64,000 nucleotides of DNA from the IMG/VR virus record IMGVR_UViG_3300032321_001419, positions 2,327 through 66,326 of that record; one strand, written 5' to 3'. Under the pieces are notes generated by a model, which was not told the DNA's origin, did no database searches, and worked only from the letters and a program-made list of their open reading frames with translations. Numbering within the stretch: position 1 is the first letter of the stretch; the number at the start of each line of letters is the position of its first letter. The DNA is from a virus (Duplodnaviria > Caudoviricetes). The position numbers and the translations under genes were made by a program. This document shows positions 1-9,950 of the stretch, piece after piece.

Positions 1-793
1 AAGATACTGATTGGTTTATTCTATCTTGGATCATTTGAATACGTTTGATGTCTTGATTTGCAAATGAATTATAATATTCATGTTTTGACATTAACCATTC
101 ATATTCAAACATTTGTGCTTTTGATAAAGCTCTTGATAAGTTTTTTAATGTTATAGAAGGATCAAATATAGCGTAACGAGTTTCAAATTTATCTAAAAGA
201 CCTGCTGAGTGTAATTTTTTAAGAAAATCAAGTGAATCTACTGATATAGCTCCACCTAAACATGCTTTTAATCCTTTAGATTTTACTTTTGTAAATACAC
301 TATTTACTAATTTATAAACTTCATCACTATTAACATAGTTTCTATCTTTATTCATTGATGAAACTAAATCAACACGACCTACTGTAACACCATATAATTC
401 ATCTGCTTCTTCTATTTCAAGCATTTTTTCAGCATTAGCAATAGCAGTTATAGTTTCAACATTAACATTAAGTTGAGTTGCTGAATATATGTCTTCTGGT
501 AGAGTTAATTTAGCTGAATTAATAAATTTCTTTAAGCCAAATTCAGACTCAACCATTGGAGCAACTAATCCTTTAACTCCAATAATCATTGAGTCTTTAA
601 TATCACGAATAGCTTCAGGTCCACCTATTTTTAAGGTAATTTTAGTTTTTGATTGATTACAGATTTCTTTTAAACGAATTACTTCATTAAAAGTTGCTCC
701 TTCATCTTCAAAACTTGTTTTAATACCAATTAAACCTTCATTTTCAATTAAATCGGTTAATATTTTTGCGCATTTAAATTCTCTACTATTCAT
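1..793 (-). CDS. HpcH/HpaI aldolase / citrate-lyase-beta family protein; partial, runs off the left edge; missing from the ORF track
   Basis: Manual translation from ATG 793: MNSREFKCAKILTDLIENEGLIGIKTSFEDEG...LKIGGPEAIRD...VAPMVES...NVETITA...VTVGRVDL. No stop before base 1. GIKxxFEDEG, KIGGxEA, APMVES and GRVDL match this TIM-barrel family as seen in polysaccharide clusters. Confidence 0.7.
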   Translation of the reverse strand, partial: MNSREFKCAKILTDLIENEGLIGIKTSFEDEGATFNEVIRLKEICNQSKTKITLKIGGPEAIRDIKDSMIIGVKGLVAPMVESEFGLKKFINSAKLTLPEDIYSATQLNVNVETITAIANAEKMLEIEEADELYGVTVGRVDLVSSMNKDRNYVNSDEVYKLVNSVFTKVKSKGLKACLGGAISVDSLDFLKKLHSAGLLDKFETRYAIFDPSITLKNLSRALSKAQMFEYEWLMSKHEYYNSFANQDIKRIQMIQDRINQSVS

Positions 794-795
794 AA

Positions 796-1752
796 CTACC
801 AAATAAATTTATTTTTATAATATTCTACTATGTATTTTAATTCTGTATCGAATAATACTTTAGGTTTCCATCCTAAGTTTCTTAGTTTGGTATCATCTAA
901 AGCATATCTTACATCTTGTCCTATTCTAGAGTAGCTTAAGTCAAGATATTTTTCTACGTCCTTATCTCCATTATATAATTTAATAACATTTAGTACGGTT
1001 TCAAAATTTGATCGCTCAAATCCTCCACAAATGTTATAAATTTCGTTTTCTTTACCACTTTCAATAATAGTAATAACTGCATTAGCAGTATCTTGAGCGT
1101 GTAACCAATTACGAATAGGTGTTCCACCATTATGTAGTGGTATTTTCTTTCCTAAATGTAAGTATTTAATTGTTTTAGGAATTAATTTTTCAACATATTG
1201 ACCAACACCATAATTGTTAGTTGGTCTTACAATAATATATGGTAAATCATAAGTTCTGTTCCAAGCCATTATTAACATATCAGCTGCTGCTTTAGTTGCT
1301 GAATATGGATTGCTTGGTTTTAATAAGTGTTTTTCATCATGAACTCCATCTGCTATATCTCCATATACTTCATCAGTACTGAAATGTAATAATATAGGTT
1401 TCTTAGTATTTTCTCCTCTATGGTTTTTTATTAGTTCTAAAAGAGTATGAACTCCATTTATATTAGAATGAACAAAGTCATCACTATTTGCAATTGAATT
1501 TCCTACGTGTGTTTCTGCTGCTGTATTAATAACATAATCACATTCATATAGGAACTTAAGATCGTTAATATCACAATTTACAAATGAAAAATTATCATAT
1601 TGTTTAAATTCTTCTAATAGCTGCTTATTAGCAGCATAGGTTATTTTATCAACTCCCTTTACATACCAACCTTTATCTAAACATGTTCTAGTAACATAGG
1701 ATCCAATGAATCCTAAGCAACCAGTTACATAAACTATTTTTTTATTTTCCAT
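796..1752 (-). CDS. rfbB: NDP-glucose 4,6-dehydratase (RmlB/RfbB-like extended SDR)
   Basis: VTGCLGFIG NAD motif, AAETHV, catalytic STDEVYG, YSATK (YxxxK), RPTNNYG, RNWLHA. Probable start is MENKK at 1752; the track start at 1779 overlaps the upstream gene. Confidence 0.85.
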   Translation of the reverse strand: MENKKIVYVTGCLGFIGSYVTRTCLDKGWYVKGVDKITYAANKQLLEEFKQYDNFSFVNCDINDLKFLYECDYVINTAAETHVGNSIANSDDFVHSNINGVHTLLELIKNHRGENTKKPILLHFSTDEVYGDIADGVHDEKHLLKPSNPYSATKAAADMLIMAWNRTYDLPYIIVRPTNNYGVGQYVEKLIPKTIKYLHLGKKIPLHNGGTPIRNWLHAQDTANAVITIIESGKENEIYNICGGFERSNFETVLNVIKLYNGDKDVEKYLDLSYSRIGQDVRYALDDTKLRNLGWKPKVLFDTELKYIVEYYKNKFIW

Positions 1753-2890
1753 TTTTAAAGAATTCTTTAATTTTATCACAAACGTAATCTACATCCTCTA
1801 AAGTCATTCCGTGGTGTGCTCCTAATAGGAAACCATTCTTCATGATTAAATCTGAATTAGTGAAGTCTTGTAAGTAATCTCTATAGATAGGGTGACGGGT
1901 TACGTTTCCAGCAAATGTTACTCGGGTTTGGATATTATTTTCTTCTAGGAATGTTAATAATTCTAAACGTCTTTCGGTTTGTAATGGAATAGCTAACCAG
2001 TTTGGTTCAATACTATCGTTAGGTAACAATATTTCTTCAACGTCTTTTAAGTTTTCCAAATAACGCTCAATGTTGGCTCGACGAATTTGTTTAAACGTTT
2101 CAAATCGCTCAATTTGCACTAATCCAAACGCGGCGTTCATCTCACAGCTTTTAAAGTTATAACCTAAAACATCATATAAGAATTTATGATCATAAGGGAT
2201 TCCATCAACAACGTGATTAAATCTATCGTCCATAATTTCAGAGTTGTCTCCCATACGGCCCCAATCTCTAAATTGTAAACATACATCACGTAATTTTTCA
2301 TCATTAAACATTACCATACCACCTGAACCACCTGCTGTGATAACGTGTGAGGCATAGAAACTAGTAGTTGAGATATCTGTATCTTCAGTATATGAAATAG
2401 TATCAGCTGAATCTTCAATTACAGTAATATCTTCTCTTCCAATGCGTTTCAATTCTGATTTTAATAGTTTCCAATCTGGTTTATTACCTATTAAATTAGG
2501 AACCATAATTGCTTTAACATCATTAGTAACAGCATCAATTATATCTTTAACTGTAGGAACATAATTTGTTAAGTCTACATCAACGAATACTGGAGTAAGA
2601 CCTAGCTGAATAATAGGGGCTAATGTGGTTGAAAATGTACAAGCAGGAGTAACTACTTTACTTCCTTTAGGTAATTTTAATACAGCTAAAGCTAAAAGAC
2701 ATGCTGATGAACCTGAATTAACAAATACACCATATTTCTTTCCAAATTCTTTAGCAATTTTTTCTTCAAACTCAATGGAGCGAGGACCAAATCCAGCTAA
2801 CCATCCATCTCTTAAACAAGCTTCTACTGCTTTAATTTCTTCTTCTCCGTAAGATTCAAACTTATTAGGAGCGTACCATACTTTTTTCAT
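1742..2890 (-). CDS. DegT/DnrJ/EryC1/StrS-family PLP/PMP enzyme, RfbH(DdhC)/ColD-like 3-dehydratase
   Basis: FVNSGSSA, PNLIGN, IEDSAD, TTSFYASHVITAGGSGG with His at the usual Schiff-base Lys position, RDWGR, GYN. Confidence 0.8.
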   Translation of the reverse strand: MKKVWYAPNKFESYGEEEIKAVEACLRDGWLAGFGPRSIEFEEKIAKEFGKKYGVFVNSGSSACLLALAVLKLPKGSKVVTPACTFSTTLAPIIQLGLTPVFVDVDLTNYVPTVKDIIDAVTNDVKAIMVPNLIGNKPDWKLLKSELKRIGREDITVIEDSADTISYTEDTDISTTSFYASHVITAGGSGGMVMFNDEKLRDVCLQFRDWGRMGDNSEIMDDRFNHVVDGIPYDHKFLYDVLGYNFKSCEMNAAFGLVQIERFETFKQIRRANIERYLENLKDVEEILLPNDSIEPNWLAIPLQTERRLELLTFLEENNIQTRVTFAGNVTRHPIYRDYLQDFTNSDLIMKNGFLLGAHHGMTLEDVDYVCDKIKEFFKNGK

Positions 2891-2897
2891 ATTATTT

Positions 2898-3710
2898 TTA
2901 TATTACTTTATTAAATTTAAATATTTCTTCTATTTTATTGTATATATTTTGTTCGTAATCAACAAATTGTAATGCTTTTTGATAGTTTTCATCTATTATT
3001 GCTTGTCTACTCCAATAATATTCTTCATTTAATCCATTTATTTTACGAATAGCATCATCAACACTCGTGAATGTAATAATTCCTTCTGAGTTAAACACAT
3101 CTGTTATATCAGAACATCCCCAATAGATTGGGATTGTTTTTTGTAAGAAGCAATCTAATATTTTTTCTGTAAAGTATCCATTGTGTTGAGTATTTTCAAT
3201 TGCAACTCCAAACATTGAATTACCGAATAATTTTTCTTTACCTAAACGAGCATCCTCAATGTTATATCTATCTCCGTAAGTATCATAGAAATTTTTAGGT
3301 ATTGTAATTTCGTTTTGTCTATCTAATAATTGATGTCTTAAAGAGTGACCATATGTTTTTAGTAAAATTCCTCGTAAATGTGTTACTTCAAATTTCTTTG
3401 TTTTATCTTTATCATATTGATCTGGTTTGAACCAAGTATGTCCAAATAATAATAAATTAGCATTATCACAATTATTTAATACTTTATCATCCCACGTTAA
3501 TATAAATGAGAATAAGTCTTTATTTTCAATTGCCCAATCATGATATCCAAAATACTCATTTGGTTCTTGTAACACCATTATATTAATAGGTGATAATTCT
3601 TCTTGTAATTCAGGAATAGCATCTATGAATAAAGAAAAGTCGATGTCCTTTAAGTCATCGAATCTTTTCTCAAATGATCCTTTATCAAAGTGATTAACTT
3701 TTATTTTCAT
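2898..3710 (-). CDS. GT10 (fucosyltransferase-like) glycosyltransferase
   Basis: FGVAIENTQHNGYFTEKILDCFLQKTIPIYWG matches the GT10 alpha-1,3-FucT motif. Confidence 0.75.
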   Translation of the reverse strand: MKIKVNHFDKGSFEKRFDDLKDIDFSLFIDAIPELQEELSPINIMVLQEPNEYFGYHDWAIENKDLFSFILTWDDKVLNNCDNANLLLFGHTWFKPDQYDKDKTKKFEVTHLRGILLKTYGHSLRHQLLDRQNEITIPKNFYDTYGDRYNIEDARLGKEKLFGNSMFGVAIENTQHNGYFTEKILDCFLQKTIPIYWGCSDITDVFNSEGIITFTSVDDAIRKINGLNEEYYWSRQAIIDENYQKALQFVDYEQNIYNKIEEIFKFNKVI

Positions 3711-4324
3711 ATTGTATCGTATAATGCGTTTTGTTTTTCTTGTCGTGCTATATCTTTAGGATGATATAGAACCCAATCTTCAGTATCCATTGGTAGAGGT
3801 TGAGTATCTTCCCAAGTGTTTAATCTCTCATGTACTTTTCTTTCCCAAAATATCTCAGGATCGTTTTTATAAATACGAGATTGATAATCAGGATAATTAA
3901 CCCATCCTTTTTCATTTACATTCCATCCCCACTTTTGAATATGTGCTTCAGTTAATCCTTCTACAGTATTTACTCTAGGTACAGCATATGCTATAATATC
4001 TGGATTTAATTCTAATATTTGTGATAAATTTTTTACTAATGTTTCTGATGGGATTTCATCAGCATCAATATTAAAGATATAATCTCCTGAACATAATGTG
4101 TTTAAGTGATTTTTAAATTCACTAAAATTTTTATTGAATAAGAATTTAGCGATTTTAATTTTTCCTACAGAATCTAAAAGGAAATCATTTATTTCTTGTG
4201 TTCCATTTTCATCCATTAACACAACGATTTCATCTTGTTTTCGTTTATGTTTTAATAGAAATGAGACTAATTGTTTAATTTCTTTTATCTCATTACAAAC
4301 TGTGATTGCATAACTAATTTTCAT
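3707..4324 (-). CDS. GT2-family glycosyltransferase
   Basis: ISYAITVCNE, EIVVLMD, YIFNIDADE (DxD), YPDYQSRIY, VHE. Probable start is MKISY at 4324. Confidence 0.8.
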   Translation of the reverse strand: MKISYAITVCNEIKEIKQLVSFLLKHKRKQDEIVVLMDENGTQEINDFLLDSVGKIKIAKFLFNKNFSEFKNHLNTLCSGDYIFNIDADEIPSETLVKNLSQILELNPDIIAYAVPRVNTVEGLTEAHIQKWGWNVNEKGWVNYPDYQSRIYKNDPEIFWERKVHERLNTWEDTQPLPMDTEDWVLYHPKDIARQEKQNALYDTI

Positions 4325-4328
4325 AATA

Positions 4329-4760
4329 TTATTTTTTATCAAAGTATCCTACATACTCTAAAGCATCCATAAAGTTTTTCTCTTCAAAATGTTTAAGTGT
4401 AGTCATATCTGCTCTATGAGTAGCACCTTTAAATTTTGGTCTTTCTTCTTCTGGGATTTCAGTAGATTTTGTAGCTGCCCATTTCCAGTCATCTTTAGAA
4501 GTACCATCTGCAAATACCATTGATTTATCATCTAATGTTACTGAATTTGGATACCATGCTAATCCTTTTTCATCTACAAATTTTAAATCTTTATATAGAT
4601 TAGGAATAACTTCTTCAGCTTTAACAGCATTTTCAGGAGTCATGAATGTATTAGTGGTAAAACCACATCCCATACATAACCATATAGTAATCTTGTCATC
4701 TGACATTTCAGAGCAAGCATTTGAGCCACATCTAGGGCATTCTATTAATTTTTCAATCAT
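4329..4760 (-). CDS. Hypothetical protein with N-terminal zinc ribbon
   Basis: CPRCGSNAC...CMGCGF (two CxxC pairs), 143 aa. Confidence 0.55.
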   Translation of the reverse strand: MIEKLIECPRCGSNACSEMSDDKITIWLCMGCGFTTNTFMTPENAVKAEEVIPNLYKDLKFVDEKGLAWYPNSVTLDDKSMVFADGTSKDDWKWAATKSTEIPEEERPKFKGATHRADMTTLKHFEEKNFMDALEYVGYFDKK

Positions 4761-4962
4761 TGTCTTTTATTTTATCTGAACGTGTTTCTGTATAATTTAT
4801 TCCTCTTATTTGAGTATAAGGGAATATTTGAACTGAAGACTCATTATCTTTAACTTTTTCTAATTGTTCTTTAATCTCATCCCATGTTGCTGGAGAGATG
4901 TTATAATTGTTACTAGCAGCTACAATGCCTTTCATCCAAATAACAAATTCCTTAGAAGTCAT
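4753..4962 (-). CDS. Hypothetical protein, 69 aa
   Basis: ORF tightly packed between its neighbours on the coding strand. Confidence 0.5.
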   Translation of the reverse strand: MTSKEFVIWMKGIVAASNNYNISPATWDEIKEQLEKVKDNESSVQIFPYTQIRGINYTETRSDKIKDND

Positions 4963-4963
4963 T

Positions 4964-6265
4964 TTATTTAATTTTGTTTAATTTAGGTAATTCTATTTTC
5001 TTTAGTTGAGGTAATTTTAATTCTACTGATTTAGGAGCGTTTTCATCAATAATTTTAAGTAATAATTCACTCATTTTATCTAAACTAAATTCAGTACGGG
5101 AACGATACGATTGTCTCTTTGCTCCATCAATATATTTCTTATAGTTCTTATAAACATCTTCTAATACTTTAGATGCTTTAACATAATCAACTGTAAACCA
5201 ACCTGATTCAGGTATTAACATATTTTGTACTACAGCACTTGGGTGAATTTGTTTTACTTCACCTGATAATAATATTGACATTTTAGGATCTAAGAAATCA
5301 ATATGTCCACTCCAATTAGAAGCAATTACTGGTTTCTGGGCTATTGATGATTCTAATAATGGACGGCCATAACCTTCACCTTTAGTAAATGATACAAATG
5401 CACTTACTTTAGGATGATTATATAATTCATTAATTTCTTCATCATTAAATTCACCATGTAATAAATAAATATTTGGCAAATTATTTCCACCAACAGCAAT
5501 TCTAATAGCTTGAATTTTAGTTAGCATTTCATCTCTATCCATAATAGATGGAGTGGCACCTGATGTTTTTAAAATTAAACCTGGTTTTACTGGTTTGTTT
5601 TTAAATGTTTCTAGGAATGTTTTAATTAACATACCAACATCTTTTCTATCTTGACCAACTTCACCTTGTAACCAATGCCCTACAAATAAATAATTAAATT
5701 TTTCTTCAATAGCATCTAATTGATTATATAAATCTTTTGAAGTAAATTTATCAATTTTTTTATAAATATTAGTATCAGCACCTTCAAAAAACACTTCAAT
5801 TGGTGCAGTTAATTCAATAACACCTTCAACTTGTTGAGTTTGGTTATTACGTTTTTCAAATTTTGAACTTTGGAATACTACTTTAGCATGATTAGAAGAT
5901 ACTAAATTTAAATTCATTCTATTTAATCCTTCAATCCAACTTGCATCACAAATTGTAGTTTCAATACCTGCTGTTACGCCAATATTAAATTTACCTTGTG
6001 GTTGAAATTCATTTGGAACAGTTACTTGCATCCAAATATCAGGTTGTTTGGGGAGTTGTGGAGTAGATAAAATACAATCTAACATTGCTTTATGTTCTGG
6101 ATTATCTTGTTTTAAGAATCCAAATGGAGTATTTCCCCATCTTTGTGATAATATTTTAATTTCGTATTTTTCAGATTTAATTAATGCTTTAACAATATCT
6201 CTTGCTCTTGCACCATAACCTGAATATGTGTCCAATGGACAACTTATAACTAATAGTGGTTTCAT
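4964..6265 (-). CDS. GT-B fold (GT4-like) glycosyltransferase
   Basis: SGYGARARD N-terminus, YLFVGHW, FVSFTKGEGYGRPLLE...PVIASNWSGHIDF (ExxGxxxxE motif). Confidence 0.8.
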   Translation of the reverse strand: MKPLLVISCPLDTYSGYGARARDIVKALIKSEKYEIKILSQRWGNTPFGFLKQDNPEHKAMLDCILSTPQLPKQPDIWMQVTVPNEFQPQGKFNIGVTAGIETTICDASWIEGLNRMNLNLVSSNHAKVVFQSSKFEKRNNQTQQVEGVIELTAPIEVFFEGADTNIYKKIDKFTSKDLYNQLDAIEEKFNYLFVGHWLQGEVGQDRKDVGMLIKTFLETFKNKPVKPGLILKTSGATPSIMDRDEMLTKIQAIRIAVGGNNLPNIYLLHGEFNDEEINELYNHPKVSAFVSFTKGEGYGRPLLESSIAQKPVIASNWSGHIDFLDPKMSILLSGEVKQIHPSAVVQNMLIPESGWFTVDYVKASKVLEDVYKNYKKYIDGAKRQSYRSRTEFSLDKMSELLLKIIDENAPKSVELKLPQLKKIELPKLNKIK

Positions 6266-6267
6266 GT

Positions 6268-7728
6268 TTATTTTGCTATAACTGTTTTTACGTAATGGAA
6301 TGGTTGTTTTGGAGTTTCTACTTTAATTAACTCAAATGATTTTCTTGGAGTAAAGTTTGTAAATGTTTCTTCAAATGTATCTATTACATTTTTACACATC
6401 CATCTTGCTGATTGCATTGATTCATCTGAAGTAACCCATTCACGAGCTGCTTCACATTGATTTTTATATTCATCAGGTTGCTCCATTTTAGTTTTATATA
6501 ATAATTCAATTTGATCTGCTATATCAAATGGTTCAGCTCTATCATCAAAAATATAAGGTGTTGGGATTGAACCTACAATTGATAAATTTGATGGAAATAC
6601 TGGATAGGCCCATTTACCGTGGGTTTTATATTTACCTCTATGATTTGAGCCGAATTCTTCAGTAAATTTAACTAATTTACCTTTTTCATCTCTAAATGCC
6701 ATTTGATCTTGCATACCACCTGTTACAGTAGCAATAATTGGTTTACCACACATCATTGCTTCTGTTAATGATAATCCCCAACCTTCGTTTGAACTGATTA
6801 ATGCTGTAGCATCTGTAGCATTATATAATAAATTCATTCCTGGTGTAGCATATCTGTTTTGGTCAAATATAATGTTATATTGTTCATTATAACCAAACAT
6901 CATGTCTTTAACTGCTTGTAAATCTGTACCATTTTCATCAGCTATTTGAGTATGCATTACTAAAGCACATTTTTTAGCTTCTTCAATTGATAATCGGTCA
7001 GTGAATATTTTCCATCCTAACATTAAATCAGGAACTGATTTACGTCTAATGTTACGAGCATTATATAGTAAGGTAAAATCAAATTCTTTACCACCATATA
7101 GATTTTTCTTAAAATCTTTTAATGATAGATATTCTGTGTGTAATGAAGTAATAGGGAAGAATTGATCTTCATTGATACCATGAGGTACATACTTAATTAC
7201 TTTATCTTTAGCTTTATTTCCTAATACAACTTGATTAATATTTTCTGTTTGTTTAGAAATTGCCATTAATGCATCACAAGATTCATAATATGATTTATTA
7301 TACATTGGGTAAGGTAGATCATCCCAAATATTTAAATAGATCATTGGAATTTTACTACGAATTTCATGTTCCATTTGAAATAACCAAGTCCAATATCTTG
7401 GATCGGTAAAGAACATAATAGCATCTGGTTTTTCTATTTCCATGATTTGTTTTAAAATCATTGGATCTCCATATCCATTAATAGGATAAAGATAAACACT
7501 AGCATCTGTAATACCTGTTTGTTTGTTGGTATCTTCATTTAAATCAAATCGTTTACCTTGATCAGGATGATTAATTGCACCACCTAAATTCACCCAATTA
7601 AAACGATGTGAAGTACCTATTACAATTTCTCGTGCCATAGTTGAAATACCCGAAGTCATTCGAATATCATCACACAATAATAGGATTTTTTTACGATCTT
7701 GTTGGGGAATGTAACCTTCTTTTATCAT
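6268..7728 (-). CDS. GT4-family glycosyltransferase
   Basis: ILLLCDD...SGISTM, YVPHGI, NARNIRRK, SSNEGWGLSLTEAMMCGKPIIATVTGGMQD. Confidence 0.85.
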   Translation of the reverse strand: MIKEGYIPQQDRKKILLLCDDIRMTSGISTMAREIVIGTSHRFNWVNLGGAINHPDQGKRFDLNEDTNKQTGITDASVYLYPINGYGDPMILKQIMEIEKPDAIMFFTDPRYWTWLFQMEHEIRSKIPMIYLNIWDDLPYPMYNKSYYESCDALMAISKQTENINQVVLGNKAKDKVIKYVPHGINEDQFFPITSLHTEYLSLKDFKKNLYGGKEFDFTLLYNARNIRRKSVPDLMLGWKIFTDRLSIEEAKKCALVMHTQIADENGTDLQAVKDMMFGYNEQYNIIFDQNRYATPGMNLLYNATDATALISSNEGWGLSLTEAMMCGKPIIATVTGGMQDQMAFRDEKGKLVKFTEEFGSNHRGKYKTHGKWAYPVFPSNLSIVGSIPTPYIFDDRAEPFDIADQIELLYKTKMEQPDEYKNQCEAAREWVTSDESMQSARWMCKNVIDTFEETFTNFTPRKSFELIKVETPKQPFHYVKTVIAK

Positions 7729-7743
7729 AACGTTGTTTTGTTT

Positions 7744-7935
7744 TTATTTTTCTTCTGGTAATTGTGTATCTAGTTGATTATGAATATTCTGTCTGAATTC
7801 TTCATTTGTTAAGTATAAGAACATACATCTTTCTGTTAATTTCTGTACGCTAAATTTGTACTTAACACATGCTATTTTAAATTCTTCGAATAAATCTTCA
7901 GGAACTTTAACACTTGTTAATTGCATCTTTGCCAT
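7744..7935 (-). CDS. Small ribbon-helix-helix-like DNA-binding protein (putative)
   Basis: LTSVKV beta-strand followed by two predicted helices (EDLFEEFKIACVK, SVQKLTERCMFLY), 63 aa. Confidence 0.5.
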   Translation of the reverse strand: MAKMQLTSVKVPEDLFEEFKIACVKYKFSVQKLTERCMFLYLTNEEFRQNIHNQLDTQLPEEK

Positions 7936-7986
7936 TGTTATATATTTTAGTTAATAATCTAATATCATATATAAATATATAAGTAT

Positions 7987-8934
7987 CTAAGAAGATGCGA
8001 TTTGATTGCAATGTTCTGTATCACTATACGGACACCATCTGCAACTTTTTTCTCCTACTATCTTAGTATACGGCTTTTCTATTGCTTTTCCAACTGAATC
8101 GAAACAGTCAGTTACGAATCTTTCAATATTGTCAACTGCTTTTCTACGTTTTCCTTTACCGCTAGCAGGTTTGAATTGTTGAACACGAGGGATTACAAAA
8201 TCGTCCGTTTCAAATATTTTTCTTTTAACAATAAAAAACTCAACTTCAATTTTTTCAATATCGAAGTTATATTGTTTTGCGAAGAATTCTTTGTAGAGGA
8301 GGAGTTGTGCTGTTTTCTTTTCATCTTTTTTTTCTCTATCGGACCACCCACGAGTGGATGTTTTTATATCATATATATAAAGTTTATCTAAATCGGTATC
8401 ATAGATTACAACGTCTATGAACCCCTTTAGGAATATATTGTTTGAAACGTTGACTAATAAAGGTAACTCAATACCTACTAATCTACATCCTCTATTTGAG
8501 AAGTATTTAGCACGTTTTTTCTTAAACCAGGTTAATATTGCTTTAGCATCTTCAAAAAACTCACGCATTTCAACAGCATTAGAAATATGTTCTCCTGTTG
8601 TTTCGTAATGTTTTTGATATAACTCAATAAATTTTTCCTGAAAGTAGTCATCTAACTTAATCATAGTATCAGCATATGCACCTGAATTTTCAAACATTAC
8701 TGTTAGATAATTTTGTAATGTCTCGTGCATTGCTGTTCCAAACAATGTATGAATACTATTTGAGTATGGATTTAGATTTAATACGTAACTATTATACCAT
8801 TGATGAGGACAAGTTGCCCAAACTGAATATTGTGAATATGATATAGCTTTTTGATAACTATAATTTAATTCAGGGGGTGTATGATATTGAACTTTAAGTT
8901 CAATTTCAGTTAGTTTTTCTTTTTTAGCAGCCAT
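7987..8934 (-). CDS. PD-(D/E)xK Cas4/RecB-like exonuclease with probable Fe-S ligands
   Basis: SYSQ...CPHQW, GTAMHE, GFIDVV, YDIKTS, QLLLY, and C-terminal CRWCPYSDTEHC (1+3 Cys pattern). Probable start is MAAKK at 8934. Confidence 0.8.
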   Translation of the reverse strand: MAAKKEKLTEIELKVQYHTPPELNYSYQKAISYSQYSVWATCPHQWYNSYVLNLNPYSNSIHTLFGTAMHETLQNYLTVMFENSGAYADTMIKLDDYFQEKFIELYQKHYETTGEHISNAVEMREFFEDAKAILTWFKKKRAKYFSNRGCRLVGIELPLLVNVSNNIFLKGFIDVVIYDTDLDKLYIYDIKTSTRGWSDREKKDEKKTAQLLLYKEFFAKQYNFDIEKIEVEFFIVKRKIFETDDFVIPRVQQFKPASGKGKRRKAVDNIERFVTDCFDSVGKAIEKPYTKIVGEKSCRWCPYSDTEHCNQIASS

Positions 8935-9284
8935 TATTTTTTCCATTTGCCTGCTTTTACAAGCATAGCAATAATTGAATAGTTAGATAGATCAGTATAT
9001 GCATCTTCTACTGGTTCATTATCTAATGGATTATTTTTCTTTAATAGTACTAATTGTTTTAGACGTTGCATTTTATCCATTGAACGGATCCAAATTGCAG
9101 TTAAAGATAAATTTATTTCTTCGTCATTTTGTAAATTAGTTCCCATTGAAATATTTCCTAAACCATATGAAAGCATTTTACGTGAGAACAATTCATATTG
9201 TTCTTTTTGTATTGCTTTAAATCCTTCTGCTAGTTCAGGATATTCTTTTTCAAATTCTAAAATAGATTTATCTTTATTTTCCAT
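8934..9284 (-). CDS. DUF1599 / nucleotide-modification-associated domain (Nmad1)-like protein
   Basis: All-helical, 116 aa, with K...YG..N, IRSMDKMQRL and EPVEDAYTDLSNYSIIA. Confidence 0.55.
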   Translation of the reverse strand: MENKDKSILEFEKEYPELAEGFKAIQKEQYELFSRKMLSYGLGNISMGTNLQNDEEINLSLTAIWIRSMDKMQRLKQLVLLKKNNPLDNEPVEDAYTDLSNYSIIAMLVKAGKWKK

Positions 9285-9651
9285 TAATTTGTTGTGTAAT
9301 TGTTTTTAGTTCTTCTTTAGGAAGCATATCAATATATTGTTTTGCTTCCTTTTTACTTACTTCAAAATATAATTGTACAGCCTCTACTTCCTCTACAGCA
9401 TAATCAATTTTGTGTGCTGGTTTAATATATTTAAGGAATTTATATTGTTTAGGGATTAAATCTTTATATAAATTATATAGATATTCACCTTTCATTTGCC
9501 AAGTATTCTTTTGAACTATATTTACTACTTCAACATAATCTTGATCCATTGATAAGAAACGATTAATCATATAATTGTTCCATCCGTCATCACCTAAGTA
9601 AGATCCTTTAGTTGTTGTAATATTTTTTAAATGATCAAATATATTTGGCAT
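9274..9651 (-). CDS. Clamp-loader small subunit (T4 gp62-like)
   Basis: IFDHLKNIT...WNNYMINRFLSM...YLYNLYKDLIPKQYKFLKYIK, near the gp44-like gene. Confidence 0.7.
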   Translation of the reverse strand: MPNIFDHLKNITTTKGSYLGDDGWNNYMINRFLSMDQDYVEVVNIVQKNTWQMKGEYLYNLYKDLIPKQYKFLKYIKPAHKIDYAVEEVEAVQLYFEVSKKEAKQYIDMLPKEELKTITQQINGK

Positions 9652-9662
9652 ACCTAAATGTA

Positions 9663-9950
9663 TTAATAGAATCTTGAATTAGTACCTGATCTTAATTGAG
9701 CTATTTGATTTTCTAGTGCTTCAATTCTTTTACTATTAGTAAGTTGTATTTGTTTTATTGCTTCAATTTCTTGTTTTAATTCTTTAACTTGGATATTAAC
9801 TTTAGCAATGTCATCTCTAAGAAATTCAAACATTTTATCTAATCTTTGATTATTAATATTAATTTCTTTTTGATGATTTGAATTAACAGATACAAATATA
9901 GCAATACTCCCTAACATTATTAGAGAAAAAATAATAATTAAATATATCAT
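9663..9950 (-). CDS. Membrane-anchored coiled-coil hypothetical protein
   Basis: Hydrophobic N-terminal 21 aa followed by a heptad-rich segment. Confidence 0.5.
   Translation of the reverse strand: MIYLIIIFSLIMLGSIAIFVSVNSNHQKEININNQRLDKMFEFLRDDIAKVNIQVKELKQEIEAIKQIQLTNSKRIEALENQIAQLRSGTNSRFY

Noticed and set aside
7987-8934. CRISPR-Cas system suggested by the Cas4-like gene
   Set aside because: No repeat-spacer array and no cas1, cas2 or effector genes in the window.
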